Below are positions 1 through 8,292 of a DNA stretch of 64,000 nucleotides, piece by piece. Source of the stretch: Acutalibacteraceae bacterium. GTDB taxonomy: Bacteria; Bacillota; Clostridia; Oscillospirales; Acutalibacteraceae. A program made the position numbers and the translations under genes. The notes under the pieces are model-generated. The model saw only the letters and a list, made by a program, of their open reading frames with translations, was not told the DNA's origin and searched no databases. The DNA is taken from the NCBI GenBank assembly GCA_045578845.1, contig JAZNLA010000061.1:12581-76580 (forward strand), given 5' to 3'. Every line of letters begins with the position of its first letter. Position 1 is the first letter of the stretch.

Positions 1-982
1 AAATATCGTCGCCTTTGAGTTTCGGGTTTCCTTCTTTTAATTTTTTAAAATCAAATGCGTATTTATTAATAACATTTGCAACACTGAGTTTAAATCCCTG
101 CTCATGGGTACCGCCGTCTATAGTGTGCAAAGTGTTAGCAAACGACATAATTTTAGAGTCGTATGCCGTTGACCATAAAAGTGCAATTTCGGCGGTCGAG
201 TCGCCGTCAGTGGTTGAAAGGTAAATAACGTCGCAAAGTTTATCTTTTTTAGTCTGTTCCAAAAGATATTCAACATACGATTTTATACCGCCCTCATAGT
301 GGAACTCGTCACTCTTCGGCTCAAAAACGTCGGTGCGTTTATCTAAAAGTTCTATTCTTATACCTGCATTTAAGAAAGACTGCTCGCGAAGTCTTGTTTT
401 TAAAATATCATAATCATATGTTGTGGTGTCGGTAAAAATTGTAGCGTCGGGTTTAAATGTAACAATAGTACCTGTTTCATTTGTTTCGCCGATTATATTC
501 AAGTCGGTTACGATATTACCTTTTTCATAACGCTGTTTATAAATATTTTTACCGTCTTTAACCTCAACTTCAAGCCACTCGGACAAAGCATTTACAACCG
601 ATGCACCAACGCCGTGAAGTCCGCCCGAAACCTTATATCCGCTGCCGCCGAACTTACCGCCTGCGTGCAAAATAGTAAATACTACCGTAACAGTGGGAAT
701 ACCTTTTTGAGGATTTATGCCGACAGGAATACCGCGGCCGTTATCGGTTACTTTAATAATTCCGTCATCTAAAATTTCAACGGTGATTTTATCACAATAA
801 CCCGCCAACGCCTCGTCAATAGAGTTATCCACAATTTCATATACAAGATGGTGAAGACCTCTTTCACCGGTCGAGCCGATATACATACCCGGTCTTTTTC
901 TGACGGCTTCAAGTCCTTCCAAGACCTGTATGGAATTTTCGTCATAACTTTCCGTTACGGGTATATTAATTTCGTTACTCAT
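1..982 (-). CDS. gyrB: DNA gyrase subunit B, N-terminal part (gene runs off the left edge)
   Basis: Not in the ORF track because no stop lies in the window. My translation of the minus strand from ATG 982-980 gives MSNEINIPVTESYDENSIQVLEGLEAVRKRPGMYIGSTGERGLHHLVYEIVDNSIDEA...GGLHGVGASVVNALS, a GHKL ATPase GyrB N-terminus. GGAG RBS at ~989-992. Canonical position after recF-remB. Confidence 0.93.
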   Translation of the reverse strand, partial: MSNEINIPVTESYDENSIQVLEGLEAVRKRPGMYIGSTGERGLHHLVYEIVDNSIDEALAGYCDKITVEILDDGIIKVTDNGRGIPVGINPQKGIPTVTVVFTILHAGGKFGGSGYKVSGGLHGVGASVVNALSEWLEVEVKDGKNIYKQRYEKGNIVTDLNIIGETNETGTIVTFKPDATIFTDTTTYDYDILKTRLREQSFLNAGIRIELLDKRTDVFEPKSDEFHYEGGIKSYVEYLLEQTKKDKLCDVIYLSTTDGDSTAEIALLWSTAYDSKIMSFANTLHTIDGGTHEQGFKLSVANVINKYAFDFKKLKEGNPKLKGDDI

Positions 983-1000
983 TTTTATCTCCTTAAAATA

Positions 1001-1267
1001 TTATTTTACTATTTCTAAAACACCCTCGTTGCGTTTTTCTAAGGTTGAGGGCGAAATTTGTGAAATATAAACAGTAATTTTTCCGTCTTCATTGCACACA
1101 ATAAAAGATTTCGGCAGTTCATAAGAAACGTTTACTACTCTACCTTTTTTTTCGGCAATATTTAAAAAATTTCGGGTTGATTTTGCAACAGTTGAAGTAT
1201 CCATATCAAAAATACCTATGATATTTTTCTTTTTAACAACAAAATCCTTACCTAAATGAAGATACAT
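1001..1267 (-). CDS. remB: DUF370 family protein (YaaB/RemB-like)
   Basis: 88-aa ORF. Small conserved protein in the invariant Firmicutes slot between recF and gyrB. GGAG RBS upstream. Confidence 0.75.
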   Translation of the reverse strand: MYLHLGKDFVVKKKNIIGIFDMDTSTVAKSTRNFLNIAEKKGRVVNVSYELPKSFIVCNEDGKITVYISQISPSTLEKRNEGVLEIVK

Positions 1268-1276
1268 ATTTTCTCC

Positions 1277-2347
1277 TTAAAAAATATTGCCGTTTTCTAC
1301 ATAAAAAACTTTACCGTTCTTTAAATCTTCAAAATTTGATTTATCACAGCAGGTTATAAAAACCTGACTGTTTTTTATGTGATTTAAAATATAATTTTGC
1401 CGGCATTTATCAAGTTCGCTCAGCACATCGTCAAGTAACATTACGGGTTTTATTCCGGTAATTTCGTTTATTACCTCGGCTTCACTGAGTTTTAGTGCCA
1501 AAGCACACGACCTTTTTTGTCCTTGTGAGCCGAAATTTCTTGCACTTATGTTATTTATTTTAATATTAAGGTCATCTCGGTGAGGACCAATCGACGTAGT
1601 TTGATTAAAAATATCATTTTTTCTGCAATTTTTAAGGGTTATTTTAAATTCTTCTTTTATTTTCGAACATTCAGTTTCAAGTTCTAAAGATATATCCTCT
1701 TTACCTCCTGAAATTCCGTTAAAAATTTCGGGCAAATATTTATTTAAGGAATTTACATATTCAATTCTGTATTTGGTAATTGCCGAACCGGTAATACTCA
1801 GTTCATTTTCAAAATCTTCTAAAAATTCCTCTAAATTGGGATTATATTTTATTTCTTTTAAAATTTTATTTCGTTGGTCTAATGCCCTTAAATATCTACG
1901 CGATAAATCAATGTATAAAGGATAAAGTTGACAAAGTGCGGTATCTAAAAATTTTCTTCTGAATATTGGACCGTCTTTTACAATATTAAGGTCATTAGGT
2001 GAAAAAACAACCGCTAAAATTTTACCCGCAAGTAAAGACGCACTGCTTAATTCAACATCATTTAAGGTTGCTTTTCGGCGGGACTCAATATCAATTACAC
2101 AGGTATTTTCTCTGTTACCGTCAAAAAATTCTAAAGAAATTTTAGATATTTCTTTTCCAAAACTTATAAGTTCTGTGTCTTTTGACCCTCTGAAACTTTT
2201 TGCACCGGTAAAAAGCCAAAGCGACTCTAAAATATTGGTTTTACCTTGTGCATTTTCTCCGTAAATAACGTTTACTTTTTCTGAAAGTTCAATTTTTACT
2301 TCATTTATATTTCTGAAATTTTTTAAAGACAATTTTTTAAATATCAT
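1277..2347 (-). CDS. recF: DNA replication/repair protein RecF
   Basis: 356 aa. Walker A GENAQGKTN near the N-terminus, Walker B-like MLLDDVLSELD near the C-terminus. Sits in dnaN-yaaA-recF-gyrB synteny. Confidence 0.95.
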   Translation of the reverse strand: MIFKKLSLKNFRNINEVKIELSEKVNVIYGENAQGKTNILESLWLFTGAKSFRGSKDTELISFGKEISKISLEFFDGNRENTCVIDIESRRKATLNDVELSSASLLAGKILAVVFSPNDLNIVKDGPIFRRKFLDTALCQLYPLYIDLSRRYLRALDQRNKILKEIKYNPNLEEFLEDFENELSITGSAITKYRIEYVNSLNKYLPEIFNGISGGKEDISLELETECSKIKEEFKITLKNCRKNDIFNQTTSIGPHRDDLNIKINNISARNFGSQGQKRSCALALKLSEAEVINEITGIKPVMLLDDVLSELDKCRQNYILNHIKNSQVFITCCDKSNFEDLKNGKVFYVENGNIF

Positions 2348-2555
2348 CTTTTGAAACCTTTATAGTAATATTATCAAATTCAATAATTTCACCGCCGCGA
2401 AGTTTTTTACCACGTATAGTACAAACTTCTCCGTTTACTTTAACCAATCCTTCCAAAATAACAATCTTAGAATGTCCGCCGGTAGCAGTTAAACCTGCAA
2501 ATTTAAGAAGGTCGGCAAGCGTTATATAATTTGTGTGAATTTTAACAATTTCCAT
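2337..2555 (-). CDS. yaaA: S4-domain RNA-binding protein (YaaA-like)
   Basis: 72-aa ORF. Overlaps the recF start by 11 nt and shares 1 nt with the dnaN stop. Conserved dnaN-yaaA-recF position. Confidence 0.8.
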   Translation of the reverse strand: MEIVKIHTNYITLADLLKFAGLTATGGHSKIVILEGLVKVNGEVCTIRGKKLRGGEIIEFDNITIKVSKDDI

Positions 2556-3661
2556 TATTCAGCTTTTAACCTCATAGGCATTACCATATAAAGGAAATCG
2601 TCGCCCGAAGTGGGATTTATAATAACCGATGCAAACGGACCGTTAAAGTTTATAGTAACCTCTTCGCTTTCGGTTGCCTTTAATGCATCAAGTAAAAATC
2701 TGCTGTTAATACCTATTTCAAAAGTCTCGCCATTTGTTTCTACAGAATAAGAGTCGGTTGCTCTGCCAAGTGCTGTAGCACAGGAAAATAAAATTTCACC
2801 TTCACCTATTTTACATCTCATAGGAGTTTTTAATTGGTCATTTATAATAAGAGAAATTCTTTCAATTATTGAAATTACTTCTTTAGTGGAAATTTTAATT
2901 GTAGTAGCAAAAGAAGAAGGCATAATTTTTTTATAATCAATAAATTCACCCTCTATTTTACGGGAAACAATTGTGTAACCGTCAACACACATTGAAACAT
3001 GGCGTTTACCGACATAAAACTCAACATTTTCGTCTTCTTCTGTAATAATTTTTACCGCTTCGCCGATAGTTTTTGCTGAAATTACAAACGACATTTCAGC
3101 ACCTATATTAAGATTTTCTTTCCTTACTGCCAAACGGTAACCGTCAACACCTACAACACTGACATTTGTATTTTTTATATCAAATAAAAGTCCTGTTAAA
3201 ACAGGTTTTTGAGCATCTGCAGGAGCAGTTGCAAATATAGTTTGACGTACCATATCCTTTAAATTTTCACTTGGAAATACTATTTTTTCTAAATTTTCAA
3301 CAGTTGGCATTTCAGGAAAATCAGAAGGAGGCATACCCATAATATCAAAAACGGCAGAACCGCATTTAATTTTACAAACAAGTCGGTCATCTACTTCAAA
3401 ACTCACATTATCACCTGTCATACTGCGAAGAATTTCACCTAAAAGTTTTGCTTTAAATACAACACTTCCCTCTTCGGCACAGGTAATATCAATAGTTTTG
3501 GTCATTCCTATTTCAAGATTATATGCCATCATTTTAAGACCGTCGTTAGTAGCGGTCATATGAATACCCTCTAGTACAGGAAAGGTGGCTTTTGTGGCAA
3601 CTGCACGGGATAGATTTGTAACAGCTTCGCATAATTTTTCTCTATTAACTAAAAATCTCAT
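2555..3661 (-). CDS. dnaN: DNA polymerase III beta sliding clamp
   Basis: 368 aa. N-terminus MRFLVNREKL...AV and C-terminal MPMRL motif are typical of DnaN. Directly downstream of dnaA. Confidence 0.96.
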   Translation of the reverse strand: MRFLVNREKLCEAVTNLSRAVATKATFPVLEGIHMTATNDGLKMMAYNLEIGMTKTIDITCAEEGSVVFKAKLLGEILRSMTGDNVSFEVDDRLVCKIKCGSAVFDIMGMPPSDFPEMPTVENLEKIVFPSENLKDMVRQTIFATAPADAQKPVLTGLLFDIKNTNVSVVGVDGYRLAVRKENLNIGAEMSFVISAKTIGEAVKIITEEDENVEFYVGKRHVSMCVDGYTIVSRKIEGEFIDYKKIMPSSFATTIKISTKEVISIIERISLIINDQLKTPMRCKIGEGEILFSCATALGRATDSYSVETNGETFEIGINSRFLLDALKATESEEVTINFNGPFASVIINPTSGDDFLYMVMPMRLKAE

Positions 3662-3912
3662 TTTAAAATCCCCTTATTATGTATTATAAATAGAAGTAGC
3701 AGTAGTATGGTGGATAAATCTAATAACTTAAAAAATTGGCTTAATAAAGCCTTATTTAAATTATTTTTTTACTAACATGATATGTTAATTAAAAATAAAA
3801 TAAAAATACAACTTTTATTTAACTAACAGGCCGGTGGATAACGACCTGTTAGTTTCTGTTTATAAGTGGAAAACTTTAGGTTATTATGTTAACTTTTGTA
3901 ACCTATGGAAAA
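3662..3912. promoter_or_regulatory. oriC, dnaA-dnaN intergenic half (DnaA boxes, DnaA-trio-like array, AT-rich tract)
   Basis: Boxes on the plus strand: GGTGGATAA at 3709-3717 and at 3833-3841 (one mismatch each to TGTGGATAA), and AGTGGAAAA at 3865-3873 (two mismatches). The array tag-aag-tag-cag-tag-tat (3691-3708) abuts the first box. Very AT-rich tracts lie at 3745-3820 and 3672-3690. Confidence 0.75.
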
Positions 3913-5208
3913 TCATAGTGATTTTATATTTTTAATTATATCATCAATTAACCTTTTTTCTGATTCATTGTTTTTTATTAAATTTTTTATTTTTTCAACA
4001 GTATAAAGTACCGTAGTATGGTCTTTATTAAATTTTTTACCTATATCGACCGAAGAAAGTTCCATAACCCTGCTTACGATATAAATTGAAATCTGCCTCG
4101 CTTTTGCAATATCAGCGGTTTTTTTCTTAGAAAAAATATCTTCGGGCGGAATATCATAGGTCCTTGAAACTTCATTAACGATTTTTTCTACCGTTATAGG
4201 CTCGGGCAAGGTTTCGCTTATAACGTCGCGTATATAGTTTTGTACGAGCAACAGCGAAATGTTGGAATTAACCGAAGCCGATGCATGAAGTTTTTTGATA
4301 ATACCTTCAAGTTGTCGAATGTTATCCTTAATTTGTTCTGCAACGTAATAAAGAACATCATCGTCAACCGATAACCCTAAACTGTCGGCTTTGTTTTTCA
4401 ATATACACATTCTTGTTTCGAAATCGGGCGGTGCCATATCGGCCAAAATTCCGCTTTCAAAACGGTAGCGTATTCTTTCTTCCAAGGTTTTGATTTCTTT
4501 CGGCGGACGGTCGGAGGTTACGATTATTTGTTTATGCGGGTAGAGAGCATTAAAGGTATTAAAAAATTCTTCCTGTGCGTAGTCTTTACCTGCAATAAAA
4601 TGAATATCGTCGATAAGAAGAACATCAACCGAACGGAAACGGTTTCTGAATAAATCGGTAGTCTGATTACGGATAGCCTCTACCAAATCATTGGCAAAAT
4701 TTTCACCCGTTAAATAAAGAATTGTCTTATCGGGGTGGTTTATTTTAATATAATTTATAATTGCACCCATGAGGTGGGTTTTTCCAAGTCCCGAATTACC
4801 GTAAATAAATAAAGGGTTGTAAAGATTTGAAGACGGATTTTTAGCAACTGCAAGTGCCGCAGCGTGGGCAAATTTATTACTTGAACCTACAACAAAGTTA
4901 TCAAAAGTGTAGCGTTCTTCGGGTTTTTTCTCAGGCTCTTTAGGTGTTTCTGCGTGTACCACTACATTAACCTTCATTGGAAGTCCCGAAACGATTTCGC
5001 AAACATCTTCAAAAATCTTTTTATAATAAGAATCAATAGCGTTTTTCTTATATTCGCTGTTGGTGACAAGGGTTAAAAAACCGTCGTCGGTGGTAAGCGG
5101 AACAAGGTCATCAATCCACATTTTAAAACCAACTGCGGAAATACGCTCATTTTTTTGACAGTCTTCATAAATTTTATTCCACAGTTCGTTTACAGAATTT
5201 ATTGCCAT
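3913..5208 (-). CDS. dnaA: Chromosomal replication initiator DnaA
   Basis: 431 aa. AAA+ Walker A GNSGLGKTHL, Walker B LLIDDIHF, and C-terminal DNA-binding helix with DHTTVLY. Confidence 0.97.
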   Translation of the reverse strand: MAINSVNELWNKIYEDCQKNERISAVGFKMWIDDLVPLTTDDGFLTLVTNSEYKKNAIDSYYKKIFEDVCEIVSGLPMKVNVVVHAETPKEPEKKPEERYTFDNFVVGSSNKFAHAAALAVAKNPSSNLYNPLFIYGNSGLGKTHLMGAIINYIKINHPDKTILYLTGENFANDLVEAIRNQTTDLFRNRFRSVDVLLIDDIHFIAGKDYAQEEFFNTFNALYPHKQIIVTSDRPPKEIKTLEERIRYRFESGILADMAPPDFETRMCILKNKADSLGLSVDDDVLYYVAEQIKDNIRQLEGIIKKLHASASVNSNISLLLVQNYIRDVISETLPEPITVEKIVNEVSRTYDIPPEDIFSKKKTADIAKARQISIYIVSRVMELSSVDIGKKFNKDHTTVLYTVEKIKNLIKNNESEKRLIDDIIKNIKSL

Positions 5209-5486
5209 TTATAAATTTCCTTTCTTTTTTACTAAAAACTACGGTTGCGGCCCCATTAAAACTCGTTCTTAGACGTAATATAAAGCAAGACTCATCGGCA
5301 GCGAAAACCATATAGTTATCCACTTAAAATAATAGCACATTTTAATAAATTTTTCAAGGAAAACAAACGCAAAAAACGATAAAATTTTCCACAAATTTTA
5401 AGGCAATAATTGTGCAACCTTTCGGCACTATGTAAACCCTAACAAAAGTTGCGTTTTTGTTGTTGCAACAAGTGACGAAAATATAA
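5209..5486. promoter_or_regulatory. oriC, dnaA-upstream half plus the dnaA promoter region
   Basis: TTATCCACT at 5316-5324 and TTTTCCACA at 5385-5393 (one mismatch each to TTATCCACA) in an AT-rich non-coding stretch directly upstream of dnaA. Confidence 0.65.
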
Positions 5487-5488
5487 AA

Positions 5489-5524
5489 ACATCACCTATT
5501 TAAAAAGTGATGTTTTATATTTTA
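5489..5524. terminator. Weak AU-rich hairpin with T-rich tail
   Basis: aacatcac (5489-5496) pairs with gtgatgtt (5508-5515) across an 11-nt loop, with A/T runs on both sides. It could end the transcript from the MBL gene side. Confidence 0.35.
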
Positions 5525-5536
5525 GATATTATGGAT

Positions 5537-5705
5537 TGCCTCGCCTTCGGCTCACAATGAAAGCCTCCTGCTTGTCATGTTGAGTGTAGCCGAAGCGTCG
5601 GAAATATTCCTTGGCTTTGCTCGGAATGACAGTGAAAAAGGAATGATACAACCGCTTTACTCGTTGAGGTAGTAGGGTGACCTGCAGTCGCCCGAGGGTA
5701 TCTGC
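5537..5705. repeat. Cluster of 3-4 degenerate arms of the palindromic GTCAYYCYGAGCG-AGCCGAAGG / CTCGGAATGAC repeat family (copy C)
   Basis: Arms: cctcgccttcggctcacaatgaaag, gtcatgttgagtgtagccgaagcgtc, ccttggctttgctcggaatgac, and a weaker ggtgacctgcagtcgcccgagggtatc. Same family as 17506-17622, 18421-18537 and 38436-38535. Track ORF 5529-5744 is read across it. Confidence 0.7.
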
Positions 5706-5724
5706 CATCTGTATTAAAAATAAT

Positions 5725-7341
5725 CTAATCTTTCCATTTTTCAATTATAGACCTTATTTGAGAGGTGAGGCGGGCATTATCTTTATTAGGCCGACCTTGT
5801 CTTAATTTTACAATATCAAGCAGTTTTTCGGCCTCCAAAACCATATTTTTATAAATCTTTTCTGCCCTTGAGTCGACAGCCGATTTGTTCTTTGCGGGGA
5901 CAAATTTGCCTTCGGTCAGCAAGGTTGCTTTACCGTTGATTAAATTATATTCACTTCCGCTGAATGGTGCTACTGCCTCAAAACCCAAACCTATCAGGGT
6001 GTTTTTGAAATCTTCGCAAGATTCGTCGTCACCGTGATTTACGAAAATTTTTTGAGGTTTAACACTAAAACCGTCAATCCAACGAAGCAGTCCGTCGCGG
6101 TCGGCGTGACCGCTTGTGCCGTGAAGTGAGGCAATTTCTGCATTAACAGTAACATCTTCACCGAACAGCGTAACCGAGGGACTGCCGTTTAAAAGACGTC
6201 TTCCGAGTGAGCCTTCGGCTTGGTAGCCGACAAAAAGCACCGTACAACTGTCTTTCCAGAGATTATGCTTTAGGTGGTGCCTTATTCTGCCCGCCTCACA
6301 CATTCCGCTTGCCGAAATAATAACCTTAGGTGTCGGGTCCTCGTTTATAAGTTTAGATTCGTCGGAAGTTTGGGTTATTTTTATGCTGTCAAACCAAATG
6401 GGGTTAATGCCTTTTTTGAGAAGTGCCAAGGTTTCTTCGTCAAAACAAATTTGGTTGCACTGCATAAAAATTGCGGTTGCCTCGGCTGCCAAAGGACTGT
6501 CGACATAAACAGGAAAACGGTCATGTCCCTTTATTAAGCCTTCGTTTTTAATTTCTCTTATGGCGTAAAGCATTTCCTGTGTTCTGCCGACCGCAAATGA
6601 CGGGATTATAACATTACCGCCCCTATCAAATGTGCGTTGCAAAATGTCGGCTAATTCTTTTTTTGTATCTTTTATTTCGCCCGAATGAAGTCGGTTGCCG
6701 TATGTGGACTCTATTACCAAATAATCGGTTTGGTCGACAAATTTCGGGTCGCAGATAATACGCTGACCGCTGTTACCCACGTCACCGCTGAAAACAATTT
6801 TTTTAGAGGTGCCGTTTTCTTCCAGCCATAGTTCAATACAAGCCGAGCCCAAAAGGTGGCCGATGTCGGTAAACCGCACCGAAACACCTTCTGCCACCAT
6901 AATTTTGTCGCCGTAGTCACATCTGCGAAAGAGTGATAATACACCGACTGCGTCTTCTATAGTGTAGGTCGGCTCGACAATATCACCGCCTGCACGTTCG
7001 GACTTTTTAGACCTCCATTTAGCCTCAGTTTCCTGAATGTGGGCAGAGTCGCGAAGCATAATGTTACATAAATCGCAGGTGACGTCGGTAGCGTAAACCG
7101 TACCGCTGAAACCGTCCTTGTAAAGTTTAGGTATCATGCCCGAATGGTCGATATGAGCGTGGGTGAGGAAAACCGCCTCGATAAGAGAGGGGGATATGGG
7201 AAGTTCGATATTTTGAAAAACATCTCTGCCCTGTTCCATACCGCAGTCGACAAGGAAGTATCTGCCACAGACTTCCAAAAGCGTGCAACTGCCTGTAACT
7301 TCATGAGTAGCACCGATAAAACAAATTTTCATAAATTCCAC
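5725..7341 (-). CDS. MBL-fold metallo-hydrolase with beta-CASP / RNA-specificity domain (RNase J/CPSF-like)
   Basis: 538 aa. HAHIDHSG metallo-beta-lactamase motif near the N-terminus. Length and C-terminal region fit beta-CASP nucleases. Confidence 0.85.
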   Translation of the reverse strand: MEFMKICFIGATHEVTGSCTLLEVCGRYFLVDCGMEQGRDVFQNIELPISPSLIEAVFLTHAHIDHSGMIPKLYKDGFSGTVYATDVTCDLCNIMLRDSAHIQETEAKWRSKKSERAGGDIVEPTYTIEDAVGVLSLFRRCDYGDKIMVAEGVSVRFTDIGHLLGSACIELWLEENGTSKKIVFSGDVGNSGQRIICDPKFVDQTDYLVIESTYGNRLHSGEIKDTKKELADILQRTFDRGGNVIIPSFAVGRTQEMLYAIREIKNEGLIKGHDRFPVYVDSPLAAEATAIFMQCNQICFDEETLALLKKGINPIWFDSIKITQTSDESKLINEDPTPKVIISASGMCEAGRIRHHLKHNLWKDSCTVLFVGYQAEGSLGRRLLNGSPSVTLFGEDVTVNAEIASLHGTSGHADRDGLLRWIDGFSVKPQKIFVNHGDDESCEDFKNTLIGLGFEAVAPFSGSEYNLINGKATLLTEGKFVPAKNKSAVDSRAEKIYKNMVLEAEKLLDIVKLRQGRPNKDNARLTSQIRSIIEKWKD

Positions 7342-7468
7342 CTCTGTTATTCTATTTTTGGTTGTGCCGAGTTGTAATACAAAATTGTTTTGTAAGCCTT
7401 CCGTAACGGCTCTTTTTATGCAAGGGAGGCTTCATGGGGACTTTGGCAAAGTGGGCATTATTTACTTT

Positions 7469-7497
7469 AATATACCATTTTACATTACATTTTTCAA
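7469..7497 (-). promoter_or_regulatory. Sigma-A-type promoter for the MBL gene
   Basis: Minus strand reads TTGAAA, 17 nt, TATATT, with TGg immediately upstream of the -10 (extended -10). Confidence 0.5.
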
Positions 7498-7524
7498 GTA
7501 TAACCAAATCATACAACAAAACAA

Positions 7525-7550
7525 AAACCGAAGTCATAGGACTTCGGTTT
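7525..7550 (-). terminator. Intrinsic terminator of the thioesterase transcript
   Basis: aaaccgaagtc / gacttcggttt stem overlapping the stop codon. On the minus strand it is followed by TTTTTGTTTTG. Confidence 0.7.
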
Positions 7551-8292
7551 TAATTTCTATTTCGGCGGTAAAGCAAGGGGTGTCCCCTACTGTGCCGACT
7601 GCTTTGTATGTGTTTTCCGTCTTTTCGCAGGAAAGATTTATTGTGTCAAGTTCCTTTGCTTCGTTTAAAAAGTTGATTTCAAACGATTTTAATTTATTTT
7701 TATGTGTGTCGGGCGGCAAAAGGTCAAACACAATATCTGCATAGACTGTATTGTTAAGGTGGTGGTTGTAATCCAAATCGGAATAACGCACAGTGCGTTC
7801 CGAGGTAAAATCAGCATTTATAATACGATTTAGTTTTTTAGGGTATTCGCACTCGTTTTCAAGGTCATAATTATAAAGAAAACAGTCGAAAACGGCAACG
7901 TCTTTAGGTCTTACAACCGAACGGTCGCTCAGTTTTATTGCTGCAACCTCCGCCTTGCTTTGGGTTAAAATCTCACCGTCGTGGGATAAAAGCAGATAGT
8001 TTCGCGTAAACCTTACGCCTTTGAGTTGACTGCACCAGGTTCTTACCGTAACCTTTTCTTCCGCTTTGGGAAGGTTTATAATTTCAACCTTGAGTTTTGT
8101 GAAAATAAACGCCAAATCGTGGTCGTTACGAAGAGTTTCCGATGTTACACCGAACGTTGTTATGTGTTTTTCGCCTATTTCTTGGTGCAGTCTCAGAAGT
8201 GCCGAGATTTTGAGCCGATTTTCGCAGTCAACATCAAAACACGGCACCGTAACTTGTAGTTCGTAGGCGGTGTTATCAAGTATCGCACCCAT
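7534..8292 (-). CDS. Acyl-ACP thioesterase
   Basis: 252 aa. Double hot-dog length and sequence pattern of the FatA/B-like bacterial acyl-ACP thioesterase family. Start overlaps the serS stop by 1 nt. Confidence 0.8.
   Translation of the reverse strand: MGAILDNTAYELQVTVPCFDVDCENRLKISALLRLHQEIGEKHITTFGVTSETLRNDHDLAFIFTKLKVEIINLPKAEEKVTVRTWCSQLKGVRFTRNYLLLSHDGEILTQSKAEVAAIKLSDRSVVRPKDVAVFDCFLYNYDLENECEYPKKLNRIINADFTSERTVRYSDLDYNHHLNNTVYADIVFDLLPPDTHKNKLKSFEINFLNEAKELDTINLSCEKTENTYKAVGTVGDTPCFTAEIEIKTEVL

Noticed and set aside
5529-5744. 71-aa track ORF between dnaA and the MBL gene
   Set aside because: It lies entirely across the palindromic repeat cluster and has no RBS. Its peptide reflects repeat arms that recur at other loci in other frames, so it is spurious.
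7342-7468. Possible riboswitch or structured leader upstream of the MBL/beta-CASP gene (~130 nt after the predicted promoter)
   Set aside because: Only one imperfect stem is present (aagcctcc...ggaaggctt), without a U-tract. There is no resemblance to a riboswitch class I can recognise.
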